Below are positions 50,031 through 62,221 of a DNA stretch of 64,000 nucleotides, piece by piece. The notes beneath the pieces were generated by a model. It made no database searches. It was not told the DNA's origin and saw only the letters and a list, made by a program, of their open reading frames with translations. Position numbers and translations under genes: made by a program. The stretch's first letter is position 1. Each line of letters begins with the position of its first letter. The stretch covers positions 27,900,001 through 27,964,000 of the forward strand of contig JBHGNT010000001.1 of assembly GCA_043228905.1 (NCBI GenBank). The letters run 5' to 3'. Source of the DNA: Azolla caroliniana. Its lineage: Eukaryota > Plantae > Polypodiophyta.

Positions 50031-50823
50031 TTGTGTAGGTTCATTAGATCAACTCAATTTCTTCCTTGTATAGAGCACACAACATACACCTCACAAATAA
50101 CGGATGTCTCACTTTCTCTCTAATGGATACTATGATATTCATAAGCTTGCCTCTTGCTCGCTTGACTTCTTTTCAATTAATATTTCCTAGTTTTTTAATC
50201 AATATTTGATGCTGCTTTGTCCCTTTTTTCAGGGAAAAACCTCGCTTTCGTTTCTTCGTCAAATTTTTACTTGCTTTTTCTCATCCAATTTTACTAAATT
50301 CTCTTTCTTTTTCTTCTATCTTACTTCAAAATTGACTAAATTTTCTTTGTTATTTTCACTAAAATTTTGCTTCAAAATTGACTAAATTTGCTTTGTTATT
50401 TTCACTAAAAAATTGATTCTAGATGCACTCCCTTTTTAATCAAATTTTCATTCTTTTCTTCCATTTCAAATTCAATGAGATTCTAAGCGTCATGTTTTCT
50501 GACATATTCTACAGAATTAGTCTATGGAAAGAAGAAAGATTTACTTTACTAGAGAGAGTAGACGTTGCTCTGATGCGATAATAGCTTTGGTGGAGGTTGG
50601 AGTCCACCGCAAACTTCTCTGCAGTGACGAAGAACGACCACTAGCAGTAGTGATCGAATCGACTGAGGAAGCTACAGAAGCTTCTGACACCATTGCTAGA
50701 TTGAATACCGTGGTAGAAGATCTCCTGATCCCAGCACGCATAAACATGTAAATATATTTATATCTAAAAAGAAGATCTGGATTGGTTGCTCCTGCTCAAC
50801 TGTGCACGAAGAAGATGATGAGC

Positions 50824-50866
<43 letters not shown>

Positions 50867-50979
50867 TCTGTGTTTGAATGAGTGAGAGAATGAGTTGTGA
50901 GAGTGTGTTTTGGCAGGAGTGGAAGGAGTACATATTTATTTATTTTGAATTTTGAATTATGTTTGAATGGCTTTTTGCT

Positions 50980-50998
50980 TGCGTCACGCACTACGTCA
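50980..50998 (-). promoter_or_regulatory. as-1/ocs-like element (paired TGACG) upstream of the CGI-58-like gene
   Basis: Minus strand TGACGTAGTGCGTGACGCA, with the same 12-bp half-site spacing as CaMV as-1 (TGACGTAAGGGATGACGCA). Confidence 0.55.
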
Positions 50999-52295
50999 CC
51001 GTATGTGTCCGTCCGTCTCCGCCTTCTTCCCCACGCCGCCGCCGCCGCCAGAAGAAGAAGAAGAGGAAGCCTTTTTGTTTTAGTGCGTTTTCCTTCTTTG
51101 CCACGCTTCCTCCTCCAAAAGAAGAAGAAAAAGGCCTCCCCCATCACCAAACCGACAATATGTACATATTCCCCATCTTGTTACACCAAGCAGGCTTATT
51201 CCAATTCACTGATTCGTTCTTTAAATTGCTAGCTAATTGGGTTCTAATTATATGAATGTTCGCTTTGTCCAAATACAATTCACATGTTCTAACAATAAAT
51301 TTACATCGTCGTTACATGAAATGGTAGAATGCCCTACCTTACCTATTTGATCCTGACATTCATCACAAGTTGGCTATCTAAATTAAGAATTGAGAACTTC
51401 ATTTGAAACTCCTTGGACTAGCAAACTTCCAACCATTGGCACATTAACATCACATGCATCCATCAAAGTGCATTATAGTACATTCAAGAAAACCTTCCAA
51501 TGTGCCTTATTAGGGAATGACTAACAAATAATAAGCCTAAAATTATGTTCTTAGCGGTACTTCAAAAATGTCAACGATTCTGAGTTCTTGTGATTTTGGA
51601 AGAATCATTACATGACAAGCTTGCACCAGAGCGTGTGTCAATGGAATCAACATCCTCACTGGGATGTGGTTTTGAACCAACGAATGAGCAAACTTTTTAT
51701 TATGCCTATTCAACATGCATCTTAACGTAGTATATGTTGTTTTAAATGCCAACACTTGGGTAACTTGCACCAACAATGACATCTCACCATGTGAAAGTTA
51801 TAAATTGCATACGTAATATGATCACATTTTGGGGATAATTTTAAAAATTATGATACTTTTTTTATTGATGCATTTGGTTTGCTCGTTGTTTTCTTATGAC
51901 CATCCATTTTTCACAACAAATATTTGAAAGATCAACGTCAATGTCCTTAATTTGTGGATGGCTCTGCCCTTCATAATGTTTTCTAAGATGTTTACACAAA
52001 CATAGGATGCATGACTAATGTGTATAGGATGAGTGACAACAATGGGGCATTGTGTCCAATGTTGGTCGGAGTGTGGCCATGATAAAGTATATTGATTGCC
52101 ATGATGCTTGATACATTGGTATTATATGCATGATATATGTGCCACATATAATTGGTCTAGTACTCACGGTCTCCATCGTCGACATCTCTATATTAACACA
52201 ACAATGTCTCCTAACCCTATTGTAAAGGAGGTATAGGTCTTACCTGATGATTTTCACTCTCGATGGCCCAAATATAAGGGATGAATCCCGTACGT

Positions 52296-52378
52296 TGTCG
52301 TGAAAATCTACTAGTAAATGCGGAACCTAGTTTATTTTCTTTTGATGGTGGTTTCACACTAGTTTATTCGAAGCAACA
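52296..52378. mobile_element. 83-bp mini element with TGT...ACA ends and a 4-bp TSD ACGT
   Basis: ACGT|TGTCGTGAAAATC...GAAGCAACA|ACGT. The left 13 nt match the reverse complement of the 9-kb element right end (TGTTGTGAAAATC) at 12 of 13 positions. Confidence 0.5.
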
Positions 52379-53087
52379 ACGTCCTTGATGCTCAAGTAAG
52401 CTTGATCAAAGTAACACATGCCAACCCTCTTCATCATTTGTCGGGAGGTATACTTTTGTGAAGTGTGTGGCATACTAAGCATGTAAAGTGTCCCTCACTC
52501 TCAACTTCTCCTTAGTGTGGCTTTCTAGAGCAAGTGGGCACGAGGTGTGCAAACCGATCATATCTCACTTTGATCTGTAGCTGGTGGAGGGAACTCTAAC
52601 TCGTGTAATTGCTTTTACGAGCACGACGGGGCACATTCGGAGGCAAAGTACATCAGGCATAATACGAATCAATCAATTCTTCGAGGAGCTCACGAATCGG
52701 TCATTAAGAGCATGCCATATGCGTGGGAAGGGGGGGGGGGGTGACGATGCAGTGACCCGAGTCGTATAGGTGCGGAGAATTGCCATGGATATATATCTCT
52801 TTCAGAAGAAGTGATGGAGCCCTTGTGATTGGGTTGGTGATCTACTGAATAGAAGAAAGGTCTCATTCACACGTAGATGGGTTTTTGTGAGGTATGCTGT
52901 GAGTGCCAACGACAAGCTCTTTTATATATGTATGCATAGTCATTCAAAAGCTCTTCTCCTTTTTTGCCCACATGACTGAATGAGCGAAGGAACGAACAAA
53001 TGAATGAATGAATGAATGAATGTACATACTGAACAAATTAATTGCTTGTTTGCTTTCTTCTCTCTCCCCGTCTTCATCGCCGACGTT

Positions 53088-56000
53088 ATGTCGTCCCTCA
53101 GGTTCTCCTCCGTCTCCGTCTCCGTCTCCATCTTCATCATCGTCTTCTTCCTCTCCTGTGTTACTTCTCTAAAATCTAAAGAAGATGAAAAGGCAGAAGG
53201 TTTGTTTGATGTTCGCCAACACCTTTCTACTGCAACAAGGTATTTCTCTTGCTTTCTGTTCTTCTTGATCTGTGTAGACGCAATAAAGTTCGAACCTTAT
53301 CTTTTTCTTCAATCAGTCCATTGCCTAACTTTGAAGTAATAATGGTATTGGTTTTTGCTCTTTTTTTGGCAAGAAACGAACTCAGTCATAACCATTTAGT
53401 ACTGGATTTTCCTACATTTCAAAAACTTGTATTTGCAAATATCTTAAAATCGAGTTCTGTGTAATTTGCATGTGCAAAATTTTGAAAAAATACCCTCTAA
53501 AATATGTAGAAATTTTAAAAATTCAATTGTGAACAAGAGCTGTCACCTTTTCGTCATCATCTTTACTTTCAAACGTGGAGGCACATGCCTTAGTGTGAAG
53601 TAACGATCCTGAGTTTGTTCTTTCTTTACAAGAAGCTTTGAGACTTTTATGTGCAAAAATTATTAAATTGAGTGCAATGTCTCTGCTATGCACTTGGCTC
53701 ATTAAAAATGGAATTGTTAGGCATATATACGAATCAATATTCAATGGATATGGATGAGCGAAGATGCAATGGCCAGGCATATATATGAATTGGTGTTCCT
53801 GGATGTGGTACAGTCATGCATTCAATATTCGTCTACATGGATCAGTATGGCATGGTTAGACATGTTAATAAATCAATTCTCAAAGATATGGTTTGTCATT
53901 CAACTTTCATGGATATGGACATATATAGTGCTAGCTACTATGCATAGTTACCTCCCTAGGTTATTCATGTATATAGATCAGTGTTCATGGATATGAATAT
54001 GTAAAGTCCTAGCTGCTATGCATGGATATCAGAACATATGGCTCGATTAGGTATGTCTATTTATCTGCATTATTGGATATGGATGTGAATCAGTAGGTAT
54101 GGTGGTTAGGCATGTATATGAATCTCAATGATTAGATTTTTTCCGTTTACTTGATGGGTTGGGTTTCTTTTATATGTGTGAAATAGAATCAAATTAATTT
54201 ATAGTAAATGCAATGTACGTGCTAGGCATAGTTATGGATACAGACGAGTCAAGTTGGTTTATTGAATCAGTCTAGATTACTGAGAAAAATGCCACGGATA
54301 TGGATACAGAGCAGTGAAGATGGCATGAAGATCAGGCTTGTATAGGAATCAATATTTGTGAAAAATTCTTTACTTTTGATTGATCAATTATCATCGAGAA
54401 TGGTAGGAAAGTACCACAAAGTTGCTTTAGTGTGAAACCTGAATGTTATGTAGCTAATTGTTTGTTTTCTAGGTATAATGAAGCAAAGGTTACAATAGAC
54501 CAATTTTTTGGGGAGAATGTTTTGCCACCTTCAGGTTGCACTCCAGTACACTTAAATCTCGTGGTAATACTTCATAGTTACCATGGACTAATCAAGATTA
54601 TCCTACAAATCTAAAAGGAAATGGTAGTTCTCATTCTGATTTTGATGCAGGCTAGACATGGAACACGTGCGCCAACAAAGAAGCGCATTAAGCAGATAAA
54701 TCTTTATGCGGAGCGGATGCAATTTTTGGGAAATTCTTCTCCAGAAGCTCCAGCATGGATGAGAGATTGGGAGTCTTCATGGAGGGGAATAACCACGGGA
54801 GGGGAGGTATTAGAGAAGGGAGAGGAAGAAATGTTTGAACTTGGAAAGAGAGTGCATACAAAATTTCAAGAACTTTTCAAAGAGAAATATCATCCAGATC
54901 TTTATGTGATTAGTACAACTCAGGTTAGAACTAATTCTTTTCCTATTTTCATGCATAATTTTCAGTGATTCACCTCAAATCTACATGTTTGTGCTGCATT
55001 CTATTTACCCTTCTAAAATATCAATAGATTACTCAAACTTAATGCGAAAAATTAAGTAAATTACTAATGGAAAAGTTTCCTTGACACTAATGTTGGTCCG
55101 AAATATCATCAATTTGCTATTGAAGACCACTTTAAAGTCATTGTTGAGGTCTACATATCATGTGGTATTCATATCTGAGCCTCGAGGAGGACATGTTTGA
55201 GGGCATGATGCATGTTCTGGTAAGAAGATTGTCTAATAAGTCACGATCTTTTTGTTGTCTTTGTTTGGATGGCCTCATTCCCAAGTTTCTATTTCTTTAT
55301 TGCATAGTTCTAAATATACCTTAAACATGCATACCTCCCTTCTACTATTAATTAAAATCTTGTACTGGGATGGTCTTCAAGTCAACAATTTGTGGCTGTA
55401 AAAGGAGGAAAATTGATATGTGCAAGATGAACATAGCTTAATGCCGCATTGCCTTTACCTTTTTTAAAAGTTCGCATTTTCAAGGTTCTTGGGGAAAGCT
55501 TGTTAATAACAGCGCAGTGCTGGTAATATTGAGTTTGATCCATTCTCTAGAAATGTGATTGACAGGGTGAGGACGTTCTGGGATTACCAATTATTTCAGG
55601 ATTATGCGATCTCATTTGTGAAATGTATGGAAAAAGTTGGAGTAAATTAGATAAAATTGGAATATAAAATACAATATTCTTCTATTGTTATTATTGAAGC
55701 CAGAAATAATGAGGATACAGATACTCAGCATAAATAGAACTTTCCTGGTGCAAATTGGGACATATACAGGAAGAAGGTCCTCTGATGCATGTGGTTGGCC
55801 CTGGACTAAAAGAAGTGGGTTTGATGATGCAGACATTGTCAAGACTGGAAGAAGATTGCATTGCATGTATGATCAGTTTATTGAGGGGAGATAATTCAGT
55901 ATAAAGCTAGCTGAAAGTATGCATCCTTATGGCAGAAATTTTAATTTATAGATTGAAAAACATTTGGTGTGGAGATAGTACTCTAGGGGCTATTATGATC

Positions 56001-59000
56001 CATGTGATCCTCAAGTATACATAAAAAGCTGCTAACGTAGAACTTATGAGTCAGTTCTTAGTGCCTCATGTTGATTCTGTATTATTTATATGCTAATTAT
56101 GCTTTGTTTGTTATTAGAGAGCACCCAATTGAAAATTTTATATTGATTAAGTTCATGCCACATGGACACCCCTCCGTCAACATCATTGGATGTCTTCCTG
56201 TACAAATATTGATATGTACCAAATATATATTGTCAATGCAAGACTAGCATTTTTCATGCATCTTCTTATTGTCTTAACTGGAGACTAGGTTAGATTCTTC
56301 AAGCTATTCTGCAATGTTTTCAATTTGTGTAAAGTGAAATGATTCAATAAAACATAACAGTAAATCAGTTTGTTTACTGGTTTACACTAATCACCACAGG
56401 TGCCACGTGCTGCTGCAAGTGCTGTAGCCTTTGGGATGGGACTATTTGCTGGTGAAGGAACTCTTGGACCTGGTCGCCACAAGGCATTCTCTGTGATAAG
56501 TGAAACGAAAACACATGATAAGCATCTACGATTTTATCAGACCTGTCATTCCTATCAGGTTATTTCTATGATGTAGTAAATAGCACTACTACTTTCCTAT
56601 TTAATGATACCAATGCGCATGGTCTGAGTTTGGATTTTATTATTTTCTTGTTATGTCAGATTTCATTTCATGTTTAATTTTATCGTTTAAGAGTTTCCAG
56701 TTTTGCATATTATAAAGCAGTTTTATCTCACTGGATGAAAGCAAACTCAGTTTTGGTTTGTATTAAAACAAAAGGGAAAGAATAACAGAAGGTTTCATAT
56801 GGATACACCCTATAGAAGTATTAATTATTTGCATAGGCTCAGTAATAGGTGCGTAAAACATATAGCTGTAGTGCACCCCCTGAAGTAGGTTGTATTGATG
56901 TGGGTGTCAGCCTTTTGGTTCCATATGCCTTCTAGGTATTGTATGATTGTAAATTTAACCCTTTCATTCATTCGTTCTTAGATTGAGACGAGATTAAAGA
57001 CGGCAGGGTCATGAGGTGGAGAGTGAGGTGGTAGACAATTTAATTTTTCTTAGGTTCAATAGGAGCTGTCTCAGAGGTTTTCCTCCCAATTAAATAATCT
57101 CAAGGCAAAGTATTTGAGATAAAAGACAAGAGGATCAGCATGGCATTCCCTTCTTGCCTGCTATGATCTTGGACTAGGGGTATGATGCATATAGACCACC
57201 AGATGTGTCAAGAGTGTGAGATTTTGTGGTTAACTGATACATGGTCCAAAAATAGATCGAGGGGCAATAGGCTATATCCCATGTTGGAGCTAATAGTGTG
57301 TGATTTTCCTTCAATAGGCTAGATGCACTACAGACCAATGAACAAGAATTTTCCTAACGGATAGAAACTTGAAATTTGAACAATGCAAAACTTAAGTAAG
57401 AACTTGGAAACCCAATTCCCCATTTCATTAGGCTAGATCCCATGTTGGAGATAATAGTGTGTGATTTTCCTTCAATAGGCTAGATGCACTACAGACCAAC
57501 GAACACGAATCTTCCTAACACATAGAAACTCGAACTTTGAACAATGCTCCACCCAAAACTTAAGTGAGAACTTGGAAACTCAATTCCCCATTTCATTATG
57601 CCATTGACAATTTAGGGGAGCCCTTTTTTGCCTGCGACACTGGATCCAATGGATCAGAGATAGTTTGAATCTTCCAAAAGTTGTTCTTTGGAGCTATTCT
57701 TTTTTTCAAACTCTCGGTTTGGCCTTATGAAAGTATATAAATAATTGGTTTAGTTTCTAGTTGTTTGAAGTAATTTACTGTACATATGTTTGAAATGAAG
57801 CTTTACACATTTCAAGAAGTATTTTAAAATTAAACAAGAATTTTCCCTAATCCGAGTTTGGGGAACCTGTTTTCCAACACAAGTCAAACCTCAGCTTTGC
57901 ATGGAGTGATGCACTGCCCAGCAGGGCAGTCTGGGTTTTGCTATGATTAAAATAACAAGGTCGATTCATGATCACAGGAAACAAAAGCATTGGATATACC
58001 TGTATTTTTATCGATGCAAGAGAGAGCAGTCTGGGTTTGGCTATTATTAAAATAACAAGGTCGGTTCATGATTACAGGAAACAAAAGCATTGGCTATGCC
58101 TGTAGTTTTATCGATGCAAGAGAAAGCACACATTCAAATAGCATCCTCCACAAAGGAGCGATTCAAATTCAATGTAACAAAAGATGACATTCCAACCCTT
58201 TGGTTCATTTGCAAACAGGTTCGTTGCAGATATTTGACTTAACAGAATGTACGCTGTCACTTTTATTTTGTGAATCAGCATTCATTTTCATGGAGATTTT
58301 ATCTTTTGTTTAATATTTTTTTGATTTGTAAGAAGCTTAGAGATTATACATGAATTGCTGCTTTTGCACTGTCATATTTTATCTGCATTTAAATTCATCA
58401 TCGATTCCTTTCTTCATTTATAATTATTATAGTATTTTCCTTTATCAACATTTTATTGTAGGAAGCTGCAGCCTTGAATATAATAGATGGAGTTTGCAGT
58501 CTTTTCACCAAGGAAGAGGTGAGTTTCTATTGTATGCTTTAGTAGAACTGATTCAGAATTAGTTATTCATAAAATAACTCTCCATGTCTGGTGATAGGTA
58601 GAACTGCTTGAGTGGACTGATGACATAGAAGTTCACAGGCTGAAAGGTTATGGAGAGTCGATAAATTATCGAATGGGCATACCACTTCTTTCAAATATTT
58701 TAGATTGCATGGAAAATGCTATTTTGGCTAATCAAGGTCAGAAATGGTGTCACGTAGTACTAAGTACATGCATGAATCCAAATGTTTGTATGTTGGAATT
58801 GAACATGCTGGTGTCTTTGTGGTAGGTGCTCAGGCTTTGCATGGATCAGAAAGAGCACATCTTCGTTTTGCACATGCAGAAACTCTTATTCCGTTAACTT
58901 GTCTTCTAGGTCTTTTTCTCAATGTTGAAGGTGCTGAGTCCTACTTCACCTGACTATGTGTCTAGATGTTAGAATTGGAAAGGATATCTGAAGCAATGGT

Positions 59001-59628
59001 TATTGTGTTGTTTATTCAGATGTGCACAGATTAGGGAAAGAGTTACCGTTGGAAGTGCCACCACCGCCACCAAGTTCTCGAAAATGGTGGGGAAGTGTAG
59101 TGTCTCCTTATGGGTCGAACACAATGCTTGTTCTTCACAAGTGTTCTCGTGCTGAAACCGGTGTGTCGGAGAATGTTGATGATTTTCTTGTGCAAGTTAT
59201 CCACAATGAAAGATCAGTAGCATTACAGGTACTATATGGCGCCATTTTCTTTATTGTCTTGAATTATATTCACATGTAGCTCTTTCTTATATGCAATGCT
59301 CCTAGTTTTTGGGTAAGCGTCATCCAGATTTCTAACTTGATGTTTCGTAAATATATTTAGGCATGCAATGGAACACACTTCTGCCCATTCCACGTCTTTA
59401 AGGTCAGATAATTGTGAGGTTAAAATTTGAGCTTGAAATTAATACATTATCTGATACTGGGAACTCATTTCTCAGGATCAAGTTGTTGCACCACATCTGA
59501 AGGATACATATGAATCTCTTTGCATGCCTAAGAAAGAAAAGACAACTTGCTCATGGGGATGCCAACTTAGAGCTATGGGCTCAAAGATGTTCGGGTCTGT
59601 TGCCAAGACACAACATGTTGAATTATAA
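53088..59628 (+). CDS. MINPP1: Multiple inositol polyphosphate phosphatase (histidine acid phosphatase), 11 exons, about 506 aa
   Basis: Exons 53088-53239, 54473-54563, 54651-54923, 56400-56558, 58078-58218, 58462-58518, 58598-58736, 58826-58930, 59020-59228, 59361-59402 and 59476-59628; phase-consistent. Signal-peptide-like N-terminus, FDVRQHLST, RHGTRAP, RFAHAET, C-terminal HVEL. Confidence 0.95.
57277..57600. repeat. Tandem duplication of about 160 bp in MINPP1 intron 4
   Basis: TCCCATGTTGGAG(C/A)TAATAGTGTGTGATTTTCCTTCAATAGGCTAGATGCACTACAGACC occurs at about 57277 and 57438. Confidence 0.9.
57926..58125 (+). repeat. 100-bp tandem duplication spanning the MINPP1 exon 5 acceptor
   Basis: ACAG|GAAACAAAAGCATTGG at 57978 and 58078. 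Confidence 0.9.
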
Positions 59629-62155
59629 ATTGGGATATAAATTAGTAAAAGTTGGGCATTTAAGGAAGTGTTTTCATCTGGTGTCATTTTTTAACACAAC
59701 AAACTAAGAACAAATGGTTTGAAACTTCTCATGAAGGTTACTGATCAGCATTTTGTTGCCGACGTCAGAATTTTGTGTATGTATAGAGTTGTAATTTGAG
59801 CCTATTTTATGCTTACGGAAACCATCATCTAATGACAAGATGTCTTTGAGTGGAGCAAGGATAGGATTTTGCTTAGCATATTATCGAAACCTCTCATTGA
59901 TAATAATCTTGGCCATCGGATGGCTTCAAATAGATCGATATGTCTTAGCTCCAACTAAGTTCGTATGAGTGGTTTGCAATAGGAAATGGTGCACAACTCG
60001 TGTATTTGTCCATTATATAACTTTCACAATTGCACATCTAATCATATTTTCACATTTGGTTCCATAGACTTGTTTTAGGCTTTGAGGATATCCTTGTTCT
60101 CTCGTGTAATGCAGTGTATTAAATTGCAACATGTAGCAACAGAAAGGAATGCATGAGTGATGGATGCACCAATTTGCCTTTAAATCGGATAATGTGTTGG
60201 AATCCCATATCAAGCTTCAAATACAAAACCATATTGCTATAGTGTGTATACATAATAAACTCGGAGAAAATCTAAATGTAGAGAAGGCATTAAAACTTTC
60301 CTGTGAGCAGATGCGTATTGGATAGGGACTCCAAAGCTACAATCAAAGAACCATATCAAGTATATGAATCTCCAACCTTTGAAAGGAAGGCAATACTATT
60401 GCCAAAATTGCACCACAATTTGTTGCCAACTTTGGGGCCTCTTGAATCCTCATTACTATCAACCTAGTCTAATGCATGCACACTTACTAGTTGGACATAC
60501 CTCCCTTTCGACATGAGAGAGAGAAAGAGAGAGATTTTATTATAATCTCAAATGTGGTTGAATGCAACATTTTATGTCAATGTCTGATACTTTGACGCTT
60601 CCAAATCATATAGAGAAAAATATACATAGAAGAGAATGGTGCAAATGGTAGACAATCGGATGGGTTCTAGCATGTATCAATGAGTATGGTTTACTTGCTT
60701 GAAGAATAATAGTCTCCTCACTTCCCCAAAGTCCCATCTCACATTGAAGAGAATGTGAGATAAGTTTAATGGAAGCAATGGGGTGTGTGACGACCAAAGT
60801 GATGGGCTTTAGTGTGTATCTAACCAACCTTGGATACCTTGTCCTCTTATTACTAATCACCCCATACATATTCCAATGGCATTGTGATTTAAAAAGTTGA
60901 TTTGGGGTTTAGGATGCTACAAATGCATAATTGGTGCTTAATTAGAAACCATAAACATTGATTTGACTATTAAGATTCAAAATACAACCCAAAAGACTAA
61001 AAATATGATTTGATAATCTAAGTTGGAACAACCCAAAATAGGAATGATCTTATACTTGGTGTGGATACTCTAATTTTATGTGAACATGGTTAGAAGCTAA
61101 AATATTTGATGCTTTCTTGTGAGAATTAACAAAGATAGGAGAATAACAATCGGGGCCTTGAATTCTATTTGTAACCAAGATGAGGTGTAATGTGCCCTTA
61201 ACTTGAGATTAGAGAGAAATTTTTTATATTAAGCATCAAATCATTAAATACCAATGCACTCACCCTAATCCTTAAAATTGAGTGCTTGCTTGATGAGTGG
61301 TAGCAAACCTCTCCATCAAATCTCCAACCATCTTTGTGCAGTAAATGTTTTCACCAATGGTGAGGCATGATGTTCATGCCTTTATTGATTTTTAGACAAG
61401 GTAGTGTCATGAAGATACAAAAAGCCGTAAGTTGGGAGTAGATGTGAACAAGCATTAGTTTCTCATGCAACAAATATCCACAATGTTCAATTTTGCAAAT
61501 AGATTGTTGTCAAGTGACCTAACGACGCCATCAAAATTCAGCCAAATAATTTTGATGATGGAGAGACGATCAAATGGATATCCACAAAACCCCTCTCTCA
61601 TTCATGTCATTGATTGGGTTGGCTTGGTTTGCAAGCTCAAAATCCCATTCATTGCTTTTTGAGCAGAACCAGAATCCAATTGCGGCCCCTACCTTTTTTC
61701 CAAGCGAGTCTTAACTTCCTCCCATGTTTCTTTGGTTATGTATTATACTCATATCTACGACCTCTTTTCGACACCATGGCACCTTGGGTTGAATGTAAGA
61801 GACTCTCAAATTAGGCGTAAGTCCGCAATATGTGCCCACCAAGCGCACGAAAGTCATGTCGGCCAAGCAACATACATGTATGATCCGATTGGAAGGAAGG
61901 CCGAGCGATGTGTTCTAGCTGCCGGGCCTTTGTGTTTAATAATGTAATTATTGAAAAGCTGAGGGCTATTACATAACATTTGAAATCCAGTATCTTCCTC
62001 TCTGCTCCTGCTCCTGCTCCTGCTCCTGTCTGTCTGTCTGCCTGTGTGTGTTCAACCAGAGATAAAACAATCGAAGCTTGTCTGTCTGAACCAAGGAGCG
62101 GGAAGTTAAGACGTAGGTAGAAGACAGAAGAGGAAAGGCATAAACAAGAAGGAAG

Positions 62156-62221
62156 ATGATCGGGCGATCAAAGCAGCATGTCAACGTCGTCGACAAGCCG
62201 CTCGGCAAAGGAAAACACGAG
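62156..62221 (+). CDS. TRAPPC5: Exon 1 of TRAPP complex subunit 5 (TRS31); the gene continues past the window end
   Basis: MIGRSKQHVNVVDKPLGKGKHE followed by a GTAAGG donor. Resembles the plant TRS31 N-terminus (MIG...KQY.NVLDKPLSKGKQE). The next exon (VSL.AFAFLF) was not seen in the window. Confidence 0.75.

Larger units (their letters stand above)
32209..50747 (-). pseudogene. CGI-58: CGI-58/ABHD5-like alpha/beta hydrolase (lysophosphatidic acid acyltransferase/lipase), probably disabled
   Basis: Exons 50545-50747, 35060-35299, 34652-34770, 34362-34522, 34012-34121, 33761-33860, 33523-33646, and a last exon at 32561-32677 or 32209-32331. Motifs HGYGASQGFFFRNF, GHSMGG, ASGELCLKY, GGHFVFLE. 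The conserved WGxSSRP exon is absent, and there is an in-frame TGA at 34109-34111. Confidence 0.8.

Noticed and set aside
59700-62100. Short ORFs between MINPP1 and TRAPPC5
   Set aside because: AT-rich and short, with no recognisable motifs or consistent splice structure.
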